Of a stretch of DNA of 64,000 bases, positions 48,376 to 58,515 are shown one piece after another; the first letter of the stretch is position 1; each line of letters starts with the position of its first letter. The DNA comes from Candidatus Poribacteria bacterium. Lineage in GTDB: Bacteria; Poribacteria; WGA-4E; GCA-2687025. The DNA lies in the NCBI GenBank assembly GCA_963665845.2, contig OY762492.1:3040001-3104000 (forward strand). The letters are read 5' to 3'. The notes below the pieces were generated by a model. That model saw only the letters and a list, made by a program, of their open reading frames with translations, was not told the origin of the DNA and did no database searches. A program made the position numbers and the translations under genes.

Positions 48376-48687
48376 TCATTCATCCTGCGGCTCATCCGGC
48401 TCTTCAGGCGGAAGCGGAGGCGGAGTCGCCGCCTCGACAGCGCGCGGCGTCCGGTCGTCCACGGCAAGCAGTATGTCCACCAGCGCCTCGCGGTCAACCT
48501 CCCGCGCGTCGCGCAGCGCCTGCATCGACTCGTTCAGCGTTTCCATCTCGTTGCGCAGCGCCGCGATCTCCTTCCGCTGCTTTCCCTTAGAGAAGACGTG
48601 AACGCCGCGCGAACGGTAATGCATATAGATCGCAAACAGCCCCGTCAGCGTTCCCCCAGCCGCAAGAATCGTAAAGCACTCCATCAT
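48376..48687 (-). CDS. Small membrane-anchored hypothetical protein
   Basis: N-terminal TM, short coiled coil; overlaps recX stop. Confidence 0.6.
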   Translation of the reverse strand: MMECFTILAAGGTLTGLFAIYMHYRSRGVHVFSKGKQRKEIAALRNEMETLNESMQALRDAREVDREALVDILLAVDDRTPRAVEAATPPPLPPEEPDEPQDE

Positions 48688-49322
48688 CAGTCCGACTCTC
48701 CTCCAAAAACATCCCGCAGCGCCGCCGACACATCCTCGTATCGATAGCCGCGCCGCATGAGATACTGATACAGCCGCCGCCGCGCCGTTTCTCTCGGCAG
48801 GTTTTGGTAAAGGCGCATCTGTTTTTGCGCCAGTTTCAGCGCCGCTTCCCGCTCATCCTCGTCGCTCACCGCGCGCAGCGTCCGCTCGATTGTCAGCTTG
48901 TCGATTCCCTTCTGGCGCAGCTCTCGGCGCAGCGCCATCCGCCCTTTCGGTTTGGAACGCAAACGGCTTTCCACAAACGCCTCCGCAAACTCCTCATCCG
49001 AAATATACCCCAGCTCCTCGATGGCGGAGACGGCGCGCTCCGCCGCCTCGGCGCTGTAACCTTTGCGCCGCAGCTTGTCGGTCAGCTCTTTTCGGCTAAA
49101 GAGGCGCGCGCGCAGCATATCGAACCCGCTCGCCTTCGCGCGCGTCCACTCGTCCTCTTGGCGCAGCTCTTCCAGTTCCTCCTCGGTCAGGCGCGTCCCG
49201 ACCGCAAGCCGGCGCCGCGCGACCAGCGCCAGGTCCAGCGTGAACGCCTCGCCGTTGTCGAGCCGTATCTCGCGCCGGGACGATCGGCGCGGCAGATGGC
49301 GTATGTCCTCGATCATTCGCAT
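48687..49322 (-). CDS. recX: Regulatory protein RecX
   Basis: SRKEL..KL..KG, DEEFA, ELRQKG, YLMRRGY. Confidence 0.9.
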   Translation of the reverse strand: MRMIEDIRHLPRRSSRREIRLDNGEAFTLDLALVARRRLAVGTRLTEEELEELRQEDEWTRAKASGFDMLRARLFSRKELTDKLRRKGYSAEAAERAVSAIEELGYISDEEFAEAFVESRLRSKPKGRMALRRELRQKGIDKLTIERTLRAVSDEDEREAALKLAQKQMRLYQNLPRETARRRLYQYLMRRGYRYEDVSAALRDVFGGESD

Positions 49323-50005
49323 GCTGTCAGCTCCTTCACCCGCGCCACCACCGCCTCCGCCGCCTGCTCTATCGTGAGCGGCGTCGTGTCGATGACCAGC
49401 GCGTCCTGCGCGATCCGCAGCGGGCTGTGTTTGCGCGTTTGGTCTTGCATGTCCCGTTTGCGTATCTCCCGTTCAATCGCCTCCAGCGAGACCGTTTCGC
49501 CCGCCTCGGCGAGTTCTTTGTGCCGCCTCCGCGCCCGCTCTTCGATGCTCGCGTCCAGATAAAACTTTGCCTGCGCATACGGAAACACAACCGTTGTAAC
49601 ATCGCGCCCTTCGACGACCACATCGCCCTCCGCGGCGATCTTGCGCTGCTGCGCCGTCATCGCCTCCCGCACCGACGGATGGACAGCCGCTTTCGCCGCG
49701 GCCTCCGTCACGGCGCTCGTGTACAGCTCAACGCTCACATCCTCGCCGTTCAACAGAACTGCCCCGCCATGTCCAAAACGCATGTCGGCGTCTTCAGCCA
49801 GAGCGGACAAGCCCGCTTCGTCGTTCAACGCCGCGCGCCGCCGAAGCGCCAGCAGCGCGACGCACCGATACAACGCCCCGCTGTTGAGATGCGTATAGCC
49901 CAAAAGAGACGCCGACAGACGCGCCACCGAGCTTTTTCCCGACCCCGCCGGCCCGTCGATGGCGGCGATCATATGTTGACGCATGCTCCGCAGCTCCTCT
50001 GACAT
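49313..50005 (-). CDS. cmk: Cytidylate kinase
   Basis: AIDGPAGSGKS, SGALYR, VEGRD, RARRR; start uncertain by ~10 codons. Confidence 0.95.
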   Translation of the reverse strand: MSEELRSMRQHMIAAIDGPAGSGKSSVARLSASLLGYTHLNSGALYRCVALLALRRRAALNDEAGLSALAEDADMRFGHGGAVLLNGEDVSVELYTSAVTEAAAKAAVHPSVREAMTAQQRKIAAEGDVVVEGRDVTTVVFPYAQAKFYLDASIEERARRRHKELAEAGETVSLEAIEREIRKRDMQDQTRKHSPLRIAQDALVIDTTPLTIEQAAEAVVARVKELTACE

Positions 50006-50031
50006 TTTGACACTTTATACGCCGCGCCGCT

Positions 50032-51315
50032 TCATGACAAGCTCTCCAGCAGCTCCCAGAAGCCGGGAAAGGAGGTGTCGACGCAGCCGACATTTTGAAT
50101 CGTCGTCGGGCGGCGCGCCAAGAGACCGGCGACCGCCCCTGTCATCGCCATGCGGTGATCGCCTCGGCTGGAGCAGACCCCGCCTTGAATCTCCTGCGGT
50201 CCGTCAATGACGAACCCGTCCGCCCGCTCCTCCGCCTGAACGCCCAGTTTTCCAAGTTCTTCCACAACGGCGGAGATTCGGTCCGTCTCTTTGACGCGCA
50301 GTTCGGACGCCTCGCGCACTATTGTTCGCCCTTCCGCTTGGGACGCGCACAGCGCCAGTATCGGCATTTCATCGATCATGCGTACGACGATGTCTCCGCC
50401 GAACTCGACGCCGCGAAGGGCGCCTGAACGCGCGCGGATGTCCGCCGTCGGCTCAAACCCTTCCATGCGTTCGTTTTCAATGGCGATGTCGGCGCCCATC
50501 CGTTGAAGCGCGTCCAAAAAGCCGGTTCGCGTCGGGTTGACGCCCGCGTTTTCAACCGTGATTTCGGCGTCTTTCATCAGTACGCCCGCCGCAATGAAAA
50601 AAGCGGCTGAAGAGAGATCGGCGGGGATATGCATATCCCGCGCTTGAAGATCGGCGCCTGGATGTATCGCCGCGGTCAATCCGTCCCGTTCCAGATCGGC
50701 TCCCATAGCGGACAGCATCCGCTCCGTGTGGTCGCGCGAGAGATGCGGCTCCGTCGCCGAGACGGGCGAGTCGGCGTAGAGACCGGCAATCAGCACGGCG
50801 CTTTTCACCTGCGCGCTGGCGACCGGCGAGATGTAACGCATGCCGCGCAGTTGTCCGCCGCGTATGCGCAGGGGGGCGCGTTCGCCGTTTGCCGCGCCTT
50901 TGACCTGCGCGCCCATCATGCGCAGCGGCTGAACGATTCGCCCCATCGGGCGCCGGCGTATCGATTCATCGCCGGTGAGCGTCGTTTCAAACGGCTGCCC
51001 GGCGCACAAGCCGGACAAGAGGCGTATGCCCGTTCCAGAGTTGCCGACATCGATCGGACCGGCGGGCGGTTTGAAACCGCGCAAGCCGACGCCGCTTATC
51101 TGGACCGCATCGCGCTCCGCCTCAATCGGAACCGCCATCGCTTGAAGCGCTTGGAGCGTGTTGAGGCAGTCGGCGCTGTTGAGAAAGCCTGTTAAACGGG
51201 CGGAACCCTCCGCGGCGGCGTTCAAAAGGGCCGCGCGGTGCGAGATCGACTTGTCGCCGGGAACCTGAACGACCGCGCGCGTCCGCGTCCGCGGGGTGAC
51301 CGTTTTATTGATCAT
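50032..51315 (-). CDS. aroA: 3-phosphoshikimate 1-carboxyvinyltransferase
   Basis: PGDKSISHR, GNSGT, SAQVKS, RDHTE, RVKETDRI, DHRMAM. Confidence 0.96.
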   Translation of the reverse strand: MINKTVTPRTRTRAVVQVPGDKSISHRAALLNAAAEGSARLTGFLNSADCLNTLQALQAMAVPIEAERDAVQISGVGLRGFKPPAGPIDVGNSGTGIRLLSGLCAGQPFETTLTGDESIRRRPMGRIVQPLRMMGAQVKGAANGERAPLRIRGGQLRGMRYISPVASAQVKSAVLIAGLYADSPVSATEPHLSRDHTERMLSAMGADLERDGLTAAIHPGADLQARDMHIPADLSSAAFFIAAGVLMKDAEITVENAGVNPTRTGFLDALQRMGADIAIENERMEGFEPTADIRARSGALRGVEFGGDIVVRMIDEMPILALCASQAEGRTIVREASELRVKETDRISAVVEELGKLGVQAEERADGFVIDGPQEIQGGVCSSRGDHRMAMTGAVAGLLARRPTTIQNVGCVDTSFPGFWELLESLS

Positions 51316-52243
51316 TCCGCGCCCGCCGCGCTTCGTCCAGCCGTTTGTGTATTTCGCGCCCGTCGCCGTCGGCGAGCGCGTCCGCAAAGGCGGTCAGCTC
51401 CTTCGCATAACGCCGTATCAGTTTTTCAACCGGCTTCGCATTCATTCGCAGGATCGGTTCCCACAGATCGGCGGAGCCTTGCGCGATGCGCGTTGTGTCT
51501 AAATAACCGCCGCCGGCGAACGCGGTGGCGCGCAAGCCGTTTTCAGACGCCGCCCCAATCACAGACGCCAGAACCGCCGCCGCCGCATGCGGCAGATGGC
51601 TGGAAGCCGCCAGCAGCGCGTCATGCGTTTCAGGAGGCGTTTCGATGACGCGCATTCCCGCCAGCTCCCACATCTGTCGAACCAGCGCGGCCGCCGCCGG
51701 GCATGTCTCGGCGGTCGGCGTCAAAACGCAGACGCGCCCGTCAAACAGCTCCGCCTCCGCGGCGCCGGCGCCTGTCAAATGCGATCCCGCTATCGGATGC
51801 CCGCCAACAAAATTTCCCCCGGAAACAACCGACTCGCATGCGCGGACGATGGACGCCTTGACGCTTCCAACATCGGTGAACACGGCGCCGTCAGTCGCAT
51901 GCGCATGGAGGCGGCGTATCGAGTCGCTGATGAGATGAACGGGCGCGCCGGAGACGATCAGATCCGCGCCGTCCAGCGCCGGCGCCGCTTCCGTTTCCAG
52001 CGCATACTTGTCGATAGCGCCCTTCGCCTGGGCGATTTCCAGCGTCTCCGCCCGGCGCCCGACGCCGGCGATTTCGCCCAAAAAACCGGCGCGCCGCAGA
52101 GCCAGCCCCAGCGATCCATTGATCAAGCCGACCGCGTAAAGCGCGATCTTGCCGACCCGCTCATTGAACGGCGTATCCAACGCATCCGAGGAAGGCGCCT
52201 TACCGGATCGGCGCATCAGGCTCAACCGCCGGAATCTGTTCAA
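51305..52243 (-). CDS. tyrA: Prephenate/arogenate dehydrogenase
   Basis: DVGSVK, GGHPIAG, HD...SHLPH, DTTRIA; start uncertain. Confidence 0.92.
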   Translation of the reverse strand: MNRFRRLSLMRRSGKAPSSDALDTPFNERVGKIALYAVGLINGSLGLALRRAGFLGEIAGVGRRAETLEIAQAKGAIDKYALETEAAPALDGADLIVSGAPVHLISDSIRRLHAHATDGAVFTDVGSVKASIVRACESVVSGGNFVGGHPIAGSHLTGAGAAEAELFDGRVCVLTPTAETCPAAAALVRQMWELAGMRVIETPPETHDALLAASSHLPHAAAAVLASVIGAASENGLRATAFAGGGYLDTTRIAQGSADLWEPILRMNAKPVEKLIRRYAKELTAFADALADGDGREIHKRLDEARRARNDQ

Positions 52244-53324
52244 ACGACCGCTCCAGCGCTACTGTCAGCAGCGCGTTTTCAGGCGGCAAGCCGACCGTCA
52301 CTCGAATCGACTGCGGATAACGGTATCCGCTCATCGGGCGCACAATGATTCCTTGCCGCATGAGGCTCTCCGCCAGCGGCTCCGACGGACGCCCCGTGTG
52401 CGCTAAAATGAAATTCGCCGCGGACAGTTCATACTGAACGCCGAGCCGGTGGAACTCGCGCTGCAGATAGTCGAGACCATGGAGGTTCAGGGCGCGGCTA
52501 AGCTCCACATATTCAACGTCTTGAAGCGCGGCGCGCGCCGCCGCCTGCGCAATGATGTTCGCGTTGAACGGCTGACGAACGCGGTTCATCCAGTCGATGA
52601 TCTGCGGCGAAGCGACCGCATAACCGACGCGCAAGCCCGCCAGCCCGTACGCCTTTGAAAAGGTGCGCGTTACGACAACGTTCCGCCCCTGGCGCAGATA
52701 CTCCAGCCCGTCGGGATAATCAGGTTTGATCTGGGCGTACTCAAAATACGCCTCGTCCAGAACGACGATCGGCTCTTCAGGGATTGCGTCAAAGAAGCGG
52801 TCCATCTGCCGCTTGTTGACATAGGTTCCGGTCGGGTTGTTCGGGTTGGCGATGAAGACGATCTTCGTCGTTGGCTTGATCAGCTCCGCCAGCGCTTCCA
52901 TGTCGTTCGCCGCGTTTTGAAGCGGAGCCGTCAACGCTTTGACATTAAAAATCTTGGCTAAAATCGGATACATCACAAACGACTGATCCGAAAAAACGAT
53001 CTCATCGCCTGGATTTAAAAATGTCTCCGCCAGTATCTGCAGGGCGTCGCATGATCCGTTTCCGATCAAAAGGCGGTTCGGCTCAACATTCAGGAACGCC
53101 GCCAGATCGTTTTTGAGATAGTAGGCGTTTCCGTCGGGGTATCGATGCGTCGAATGCGCCGCCTCGGTCATCGCCTCCACTGCCGCCGGCGGCGGACCGA
53201 TCGGGTTCTCGTTCGAGGCGAGCTTGATAACGCTTTCAAGCCCGTAGTCGCGCTTCACCTCCTCGATGGGCTTGCCGCCTTCATAGGCGCGTATCGACAT
53301 GATGCCGGGCGTCGGCTGCGTCAA
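52200..53324 (-). CDS. hisC: Histidinol-phosphate aminotransferase
   Basis: KLASNENP, NPNNPTG, DEAY, RTFSKAYGLAGLRVG; TTG start proposed. Confidence 0.93.
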   Translation of the reverse strand: MTQPTPGIMSIRAYEGGKPIEEVKRDYGLESVIKLASNENPIGPPPAAVEAMTEAAHSTHRYPDGNAYYLKNDLAAFLNVEPNRLLIGNGSCDALQILAETFLNPGDEIVFSDQSFVMYPILAKIFNVKALTAPLQNAANDMEALAELIKPTTKIVFIANPNNPTGTYVNKRQMDRFFDAIPEEPIVVLDEAYFEYAQIKPDYPDGLEYLRQGRNVVVTRTFSKAYGLAGLRVGYAVASPQIIDWMNRVRQPFNANIIAQAAARAALQDVEYVELSRALNLHGLDYLQREFHRLGVQYELSAANFILAHTGRPSEPLAESLMRQGIIVRPMSGYRYPQSIRVTVGLPPENALLTVALERSFEQIPAVEPDAPIR

Positions 53325-53329
53325 CGCAT

Positions 53330-54427
53330 CTACCTCAACCGCGGATAAGAGCCGAGTATCTTGATCGACAGGCAGACGGAGCGCAGCTGCTGAATCGTTT
53401 CGTTCAGCGGCGACTCGGTCGAATGTCCGAGGCATTCGATGAAAAAGCCGTATTCCCACGATTCAATGCGCGACGGGCGCGACTGAATCAAGGTCAAACT
53501 GACATCGTGTTTGGCAAACTGCTCCAGGACGCGCATGAGCGCGCCCGCCTCATGCCGCGCCGTGAATAGAATGGAGGTCTTGTCGTCGCCGGACGGCGCG
53601 GCTCTGTCGTTGCCGATCGACAAAAAGCGGGTCGTATTGTCGCGCAGGTCTTCGATGCGCGCCTCCAGTATCTGCAGGTCGTACACCTGCGCCGCCAGTT
53701 CGCTGGCGATGGCCGCCGTCTTCGGCTCTTCCGCCGCTTTGCGCGCGCCCTCGGAGGTGCTGCTGACCGCGACCAGCTCCGCGTCCGGCAGGCGCGTCTG
53801 AAGCCAGGTGCGGCACTGCGCCAGCGCCTGCTGATGCGAATAGACCCGCTTCACCTCGCCCAGAGAGGAGCCGCTCATGATGTTATGCGAGATCGAAATC
53901 TCCGTCTCGCCGCAGATCTGAACGCTGGAGTCCACAAACTGATCAAGCGTGTCGACCACCACCCCATGCGTTGAGTTCTCAATCGGCACGACGCCTTGGT
54001 GGCAGACGCCGCGTTCGACGGCGCGGAAGATGTCCGCTTGGTCGCTTTGGGGAAGGTAACGCGCGCCTTCTCCAAAAAATCGGCGCGCCGCCATGTGCGT
54101 GAAGCTCGCTTCCGGACCCAGATACGCGATGGCGGAGGGCGCCTCTAAGGCGCGCGTCGCCGAGATGATCTCGCGGTAGATCGCCTTGACCGCATGGTTC
54201 GGATAGACGCCGTTGACATTCAGCGCTTCCACCCGCTCCAGCACATTCCGTTCGCGGTGCGGCGCGTAAATGGCGATGGATTCATCGTGCTTGGCGGCGC
54301 CAATCGCCTTGGCGGCGCGCCCCCGCTCATGAAGCAGCTCCATGATCTGCTGATCAATGTGATCAATGCGGCCGCGCAGCTCCTGAACGCGCGTTTCGTC
54401 CGCGTCGACCGGCTTTGAACGGCTCAT
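53330..54427 (-). CDS. pheA: Chorismate mutase / prephenate dehydratase (P-protein)
   Basis: N-terminal AroQ helices, YLGP, PIENS, TTRF, ACT domain QSRP, LGSYP. Confidence 0.95.
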   Translation of the reverse strand: MSRSKPVDADETRVQELRGRIDHIDQQIMELLHERGRAAKAIGAAKHDESIAIYAPHRERNVLERVEALNVNGVYPNHAVKAIYREIISATRALEAPSAIAYLGPEASFTHMAARRFFGEGARYLPQSDQADIFRAVERGVCHQGVVPIENSTHGVVVDTLDQFVDSSVQICGETEISISHNIMSGSSLGEVKRVYSHQQALAQCRTWLQTRLPDAELVAVSSTSEGARKAAEEPKTAAIASELAAQVYDLQILEARIEDLRDNTTRFLSIGNDRAAPSGDDKTSILFTARHEAGALMRVLEQFAKHDVSLTLIQSRPSRIESWEYGFFIECLGHSTESPLNETIQQLRSVCLSIKILGSYPRLR

Positions 54428-54428
54428 C

Positions 54429-54686
54429 TTATGAACGCTTGCCGCCTGTCAGCTCGCGTATCCGTTCGATCATCTGTTCGTCGGACGGGTTTTCTTTCAC
54501 CAGCTTGGTGAAATCTTCCGCCGAGATGCCCGTTTTTTGAAGCCATGCCTTGTCCGCCGGGCAGGGATAGATGTAGTCCCCCAGGCTGCCGTTCAGATGC
54601 GCCCGCGCCTTGTCAGTGATGCGCGGAAGCCAGCGGATGCCGCCGATAACGTTGTCTCTGCCGCGCGGTTTCCAGTCCAGCGCCAT
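54429..54686 (-). CDS. DUF5069-like small protein
   Basis: PR...GG..WLPR..DKARA...G.LGDY.YPCP.D. Confidence 0.75.
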   Translation of the reverse strand: MALDWKPRGRDNVIGGIRWLPRITDKARAHLNGSLGDYIYPCPADKAWLQKTGISAEDFTKLVKENPSDEQMIERIRELTGGKRS

Positions 54687-54753
54687 ATGTGTGCCTTTCC
54701 GTTCGTGACGTTTGGTTTATGTTGCCAAAGACGCGCGCCCGCGTCAAGAGCCG

Positions 54754-55377
54754 TCAGCGCGCTTTCAAGTCGCCCCAGACAGCCGCCGCTTTCCCTTCAG
54801 GGTCCACGGACGCCAGCGTCGGATCGAAATACGCCTGAATCTCGACCCAGTGCGACCATTGATTCGCGGTGCTGCCGCCGATCCAGGCATGCAGATACCG
54901 CGCCTCTACCGTGTCAAACAGGATCTTATGTCCAGCCGCCGACTCCGCGTAGGTATCGTCGTCCGCGTCGGTGTTGAAGACCGCTGTCAAATCGTCGATA
55001 CTGTCCAGGTTGTCCTTGTCGCCGTCCGCGACGTCGCCTTCGCCGAGCGCGGCGGACAACGCGATGATGTTGCCGTTGTAGGCGCGCCCGTCGCCCCAGT
55101 AGTGCCAGATGTGAATGCCGTTGATTTTGACGACTTCTTCAAAGTCGATGCCGACGCGGGTCGGACCGCCCAGATACGGGTCGGTTGCCGTGTTTCCGTC
55201 TGTCAGAAGTCCGACGTGTCCTTGACCTGGATTCCCGTTGGCCCACGCCGGTTTATCAAGCGCCAGGTTTTCGAGTCCTTCAAAGGAGATGTCGTCCTGC
55301 TCCTGCGCGTTCACGAAAGCGGCGCCCATTATGAGTAAAGCGGCCGCCGTTACAATTGTCATGATCTGAATTCTCAA
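54754..55377 (-). CDS. Secreted discoidin/galactose-binding-like protein, family B paralog 1, C-terminal VDPEGKAAAVWGDLK
   Basis: Signal peptide; ENLAL.KP, LTDG, IWHYWGDGR, ARY, WVEIQ. Confidence 0.82.
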   Translation of the reverse strand: MRIQIMTIVTAAALLIMGAAFVNAQEQDDISFEGLENLALDKPAWANGNPGQGHVGLLTDGNTATDPYLGGPTRVGIDFEEVVKINGIHIWHYWGDGRAYNGNIIALSAALGEGDVADGDKDNLDSIDDLTAVFNTDADDDTYAESAAGHKILFDTVEARYLHAWIGGSTANQWSHWVEIQAYFDPTLASVDPEGKAAAVWGDLKAR

Positions 55378-55483
55378 TGAATTCTCCCTTCAAAATGCGC
55401 TCCCGCTCATGAATCGCCGGGAGCTTTCTTGTTCTGATGGCGCCTTTCTATCTTATTCCCCGCCTGTTTGACGCAGGATCATG

Positions 55484-56110
55484 TCAGCGCGTTTTCAAAT
55501 TTCCCCAGACGGCAGCCGCTTTTCCTTTAGGGTCCACCGAGAGCAGATCAGGGTTGAAATACGCCTGAATCTCCACCCAGTGCGACCACTGGTTGGCGTT
55601 GCTTCCGCCGACCCAGGCATGCAGGTACTGGGCGTCAACCGTCTCAAAGATGATCTTATACCCCGCCTCCGACTCCGGGTAGGTTTCGTCGTCGGCGTCT
55701 GTGTTGAAGATCGTCACCATACCGGGGATATTGTCCAGTTTGTCCTTGTCGCCGTCATTTACATTGTCGAAGTCAAGCGTTTCGGACAGCGCGATGATGT
55801 TGCCGTTGTAGATGCGCCCGTCGCCCCAGTAGTGCCAGATGTGGATGCCGTTGACCTTGACGACCTCCTCAAAGTCGACGCCGACGCGGGTCGGACCGCC
55901 CAGATACGGGTCGGTCTCGGTTTTTCCGTCTGTCAAAAGCCCTGCGTGTCCTTGACCGGCTCCTCCGTTGATAAAGGTCGGCTTTTCAAGCGCTAGGTTT
56001 TCAAGTCCCTCAAAGGAGATCTCGTCCTGCCCCTGCGCGTTGGCGTCCAAAGCGGCTCCCAGTATCAGCGCGGCGACGGCCGCTGCAGTTGTCATGATCC
56101 GAAGTCGCAT
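55484..56110 (-). CDS. Secreted discoidin-like protein, family B paralog 2, C-terminal VDPKGKAAAVWGNLK
   Basis: GAGGAG RBS, signal peptide, strong similarity to neighbours. Confidence 0.82.
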   Translation of the reverse strand: MRLRIMTTAAAVAALILGAALDANAQGQDEISFEGLENLALEKPTFINGGAGQGHAGLLTDGKTETDPYLGGPTRVGVDFEEVVKVNGIHIWHYWGDGRIYNGNIIALSETLDFDNVNDGDKDKLDNIPGMVTIFNTDADDETYPESEAGYKIIFETVDAQYLHAWVGGSNANQWSHWVEIQAYFNPDLLSVDPKGKAAAVWGNLKTR

Positions 56111-56175
56111 GTATTCTCCTCTCAAAATGCGCTCGCTCTGTCGGACGCTAGAATAACAGAAACGCGCCCGCCATG

Positions 56176-56814
56176 TTACCGGGTTTTCAAATCGCCCCAG
56201 ACGGCGGCCGCTTTCCCTTCGGGGTTGACCGACAGCAGCGCGGGGTTGTAAAACGCTTGAATCTCCACCCAGTGCGACCACTGGTTCACATTGTTTCCGG
56301 CAAGCCAGGCATGCAGATACTGCGCCTCTATCGGCTCGAACACGATCTTCTTTCCCGCTTCGGTTTCAGGGTAGGTTTCGTCCCCGGCGTTCGTGTTGAA
56401 CACCGTCGTAATGCCTTCGATTTCATCCAGCCTGTCCTTGTCCTCGTCCGCTAGATCGTCGAAATGCAGCGCCTCGGACAGGGCGATAATGTTGCCTTCG
56501 TAGATCGGATTCGTCAGCCAGAAGTGCCAGATATGAACGCCGTTGATGAGGACAACTTCCTCAAAATCGATGCCGACGCGGGTCGGTCCGCCGAGATACG
56601 GATCGGACTCCGTATTTCCGTCGGTCAAAAGCTCTGGATGTCCCTGACCGATCCCCCCGTTTGTCCATACAGGCTTTTCAAACGCTAGATTTTCAAGCCC
56701 CTCAAAAGAGATGTTGTCGTCCTGCCATTCTTGACCGTTCGCGTTTGCGAGACAACAAAGCGCGGCAGCCGCCATGAAAACGCGCAGCGCCGCTTTTGCC
56801 GTATGAGACCGCAT
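56176..56814 (-). CDS. Secreted discoidin-like protein, family B paralog 3, C-terminal VNPEGKAAAVWGDLK
   Basis: AAGGAG RBS, signal peptide, strong similarity to neighbours. Confidence 0.82.
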   Translation of the reverse strand: MRSHTAKAALRVFMAAAALCCLANANGQEWQDDNISFEGLENLAFEKPVWTNGGIGQGHPELLTDGNTESDPYLGGPTRVGIDFEEVVLINGVHIWHFWLTNPIYEGNIIALSEALHFDDLADEDKDRLDEIEGITTVFNTNAGDETYPETEAGKKIVFEPIEAQYLHAWLAGNNVNQWSHWVEIQAFYNPALLSVNPEGKAAAVWGDLKTR

Positions 56815-56831
56815 TGATGCTCCTTTCAAAA

Positions 56832-58304
56832 TCACTCCCGCATGATCGAGTAGTTGGGAGCCTCTTCGGTGATGATCACATCGTGCGGATGGCTTTCTCG
56901 GACGCCCGCGGATGTGATTTGAACAAATTGCGCGTTGGCGCGCAGCTCCTCAATAGAGGCGGCGCCGCAGTAACCCATCGCCGACCGCAGCCCGCCAATC
57001 AGCTGGTAGGTCAGATCGGCAAGTTTGCCTTTATAGGGGACGCGCCCCTCAATGCCTTCTGGAACCAGTTTTGCCTGCTCCATCGTTCCGCCTTGAAAGT
57101 AGCGTTCGCGCCCGCCGCGCTCGCGCATGGCGCTCAATGAACCCATCGCGCGGTACACCTTAAAACTGCGCCCTTGGTAGATGACCGTGTCGCCGGGGCT
57201 TTCTTCGGAACCGGCAAAGAGCGATCCGATCATGACGGAACGGGCGCCCGCCCCAATCGCCTTCGCAATGTCGCCTGAATAACGGATGCCGCCGTCCGCG
57301 ATGATCGGTATGTCCGCCTCCGCCGCCGCTTCGACGCATTCCGCAATCGCTGTAACCTGCGGAACGCCGACCCCCGCCACAACGCGCGTTGTGCAGATGG
57401 AGCCTGGACCGACGCCGACCTTGACCGCGTCCGCGCCGGCGGCGATCAGGTCGCGCGCGCCTTCTTTTGTGGTTACATTGCCCGCCGCGATGGGGATATG
57501 TTCATGCCGCGCCCGTATCTTTTCGACCGTTTCAATGACCGCGAGCGAATGCCCGTGCGAGGCGTCCACCGCCAGCGCGTCCACATTCGCTTCAATGAGC
57601 GCGTCCGCCTCCTCCATATGAACAGGCGCCGAAACGGCCGCCGCGACGCGCAGCCGACCCTTTTCATCCTTGCAGGCGTTCGGATACTGAATGATCTTGT
57701 TGATGTCTTTGATCGTGATGAGTCCGCGTAGAATGCCTTCCTCATCCACAATCGGCAGCTTTTCAATGCGCCGTTCATGGAGAAGCCGCTTCGCTTCCTC
57801 CATCGTGACGCCCTCGCGCGCCGTGATGAGTCCGGCGCTTGTCATGACGGTATGCACCTCGGCGCTTTCATCGGCCACATAGCGCAGGTCGCGGTTCGTC
57901 ACGATGCCGACCATGCGCTCCTCCCCGTCTGTGACGGGAAAGCCGCCGATCCGGTACCGCTCCATCAGGTCCAGCGCATGGCGTATCGGCTGGTTCGGGC
58001 GGAGGGTGATCGGGTCGACGATCATGCCGCTTTCGGAGCGTTTCACATTGTCGACCATGCGCGCCTGCTCTTCGATGGAGCAGTTTCGGTGCAGGACGCC
58101 GATGCCGCCTTCCCGCGCGATGGCGATGGCGAGGTTGGAGTCGGTGACGGTGTCCATCGCGGCGCTGACAATCGGAATGTTGAGCGGTATCTGCTTGGTG
58201 AAGAGGGTACGCGCATCCACATCGGCTGGATGGACGCGCGATTTTTGAGGTACGAGCAGAACGTCGTCGAATGTGAGAGCCGTTTTGATGTTCATCGTCC
58301 GCAT
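56832..58304 (-). CDS. guaB: IMP dehydrogenase
   Basis: [13 protein letters not shown] pair, [23 protein letters not shown]. Confidence 0.97.
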   Translation of the reverse strand: MRTMNIKTALTFDDVLLVPQKSRVHPADVDARTLFTKQIPLNIPIVSAAMDTVTDSNLAIAIAREGGIGVLHRNCSIEEQARMVDNVKRSESGMIVDPITLRPNQPIRHALDLMERYRIGGFPVTDGEERMVGIVTNRDLRYVADESAEVHTVMTSAGLITAREGVTMEEAKRLLHERRIEKLPIVDEEGILRGLITIKDINKIIQYPNACKDEKGRLRVAAAVSAPVHMEEADALIEANVDALAVDASHGHSLAVIETVEKIRARHEHIPIAAGNVTTKEGARDLIAAGADAVKVGVGPGSICTTRVVAGVGVPQVTAIAECVEAAAEADIPIIADGGIRYSGDIAKAIGAGARSVMIGSLFAGSEESPGDTVIYQGRSFKVYRAMGSLSAMRERGGRERYFQGGTMEQAKLVPEGIEGRVPYKGKLADLTYQLIGGLRSAMGYCGAASIEELRANAQFVQITSAGVRESHPHDVIITEEAPNYSIMRE

Positions 58305-58388
58305 CCTCCGCCTGCTTGCGCTGGGACCGCCTGTTCGGAAGTTGGCTTAATCATACATCTCGGCGCGGCGCATGGCAAGCCCGCGTCA

Positions 58389-58500
58389 CTGACCTTAGCG
58401 CTTTAGTTGGGACATGCCGCCTGGGGAACGCGGACGGTTTCTGCGGCGAAACCCCCCAGCCCCCTTTCAAGGGGAATCGGAGGCGGCGGCGCGGTTCGCC
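58389..58500. repeat. Partial MITE-like end plus CCCCCTTTCAAGGGG hairpin
   Basis: CTGACCTTAGCGCTTTAGTTGGGACA. Confidence 0.7.
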
Positions 58501-58515
58501 TTTCCTTTCGGGTTT

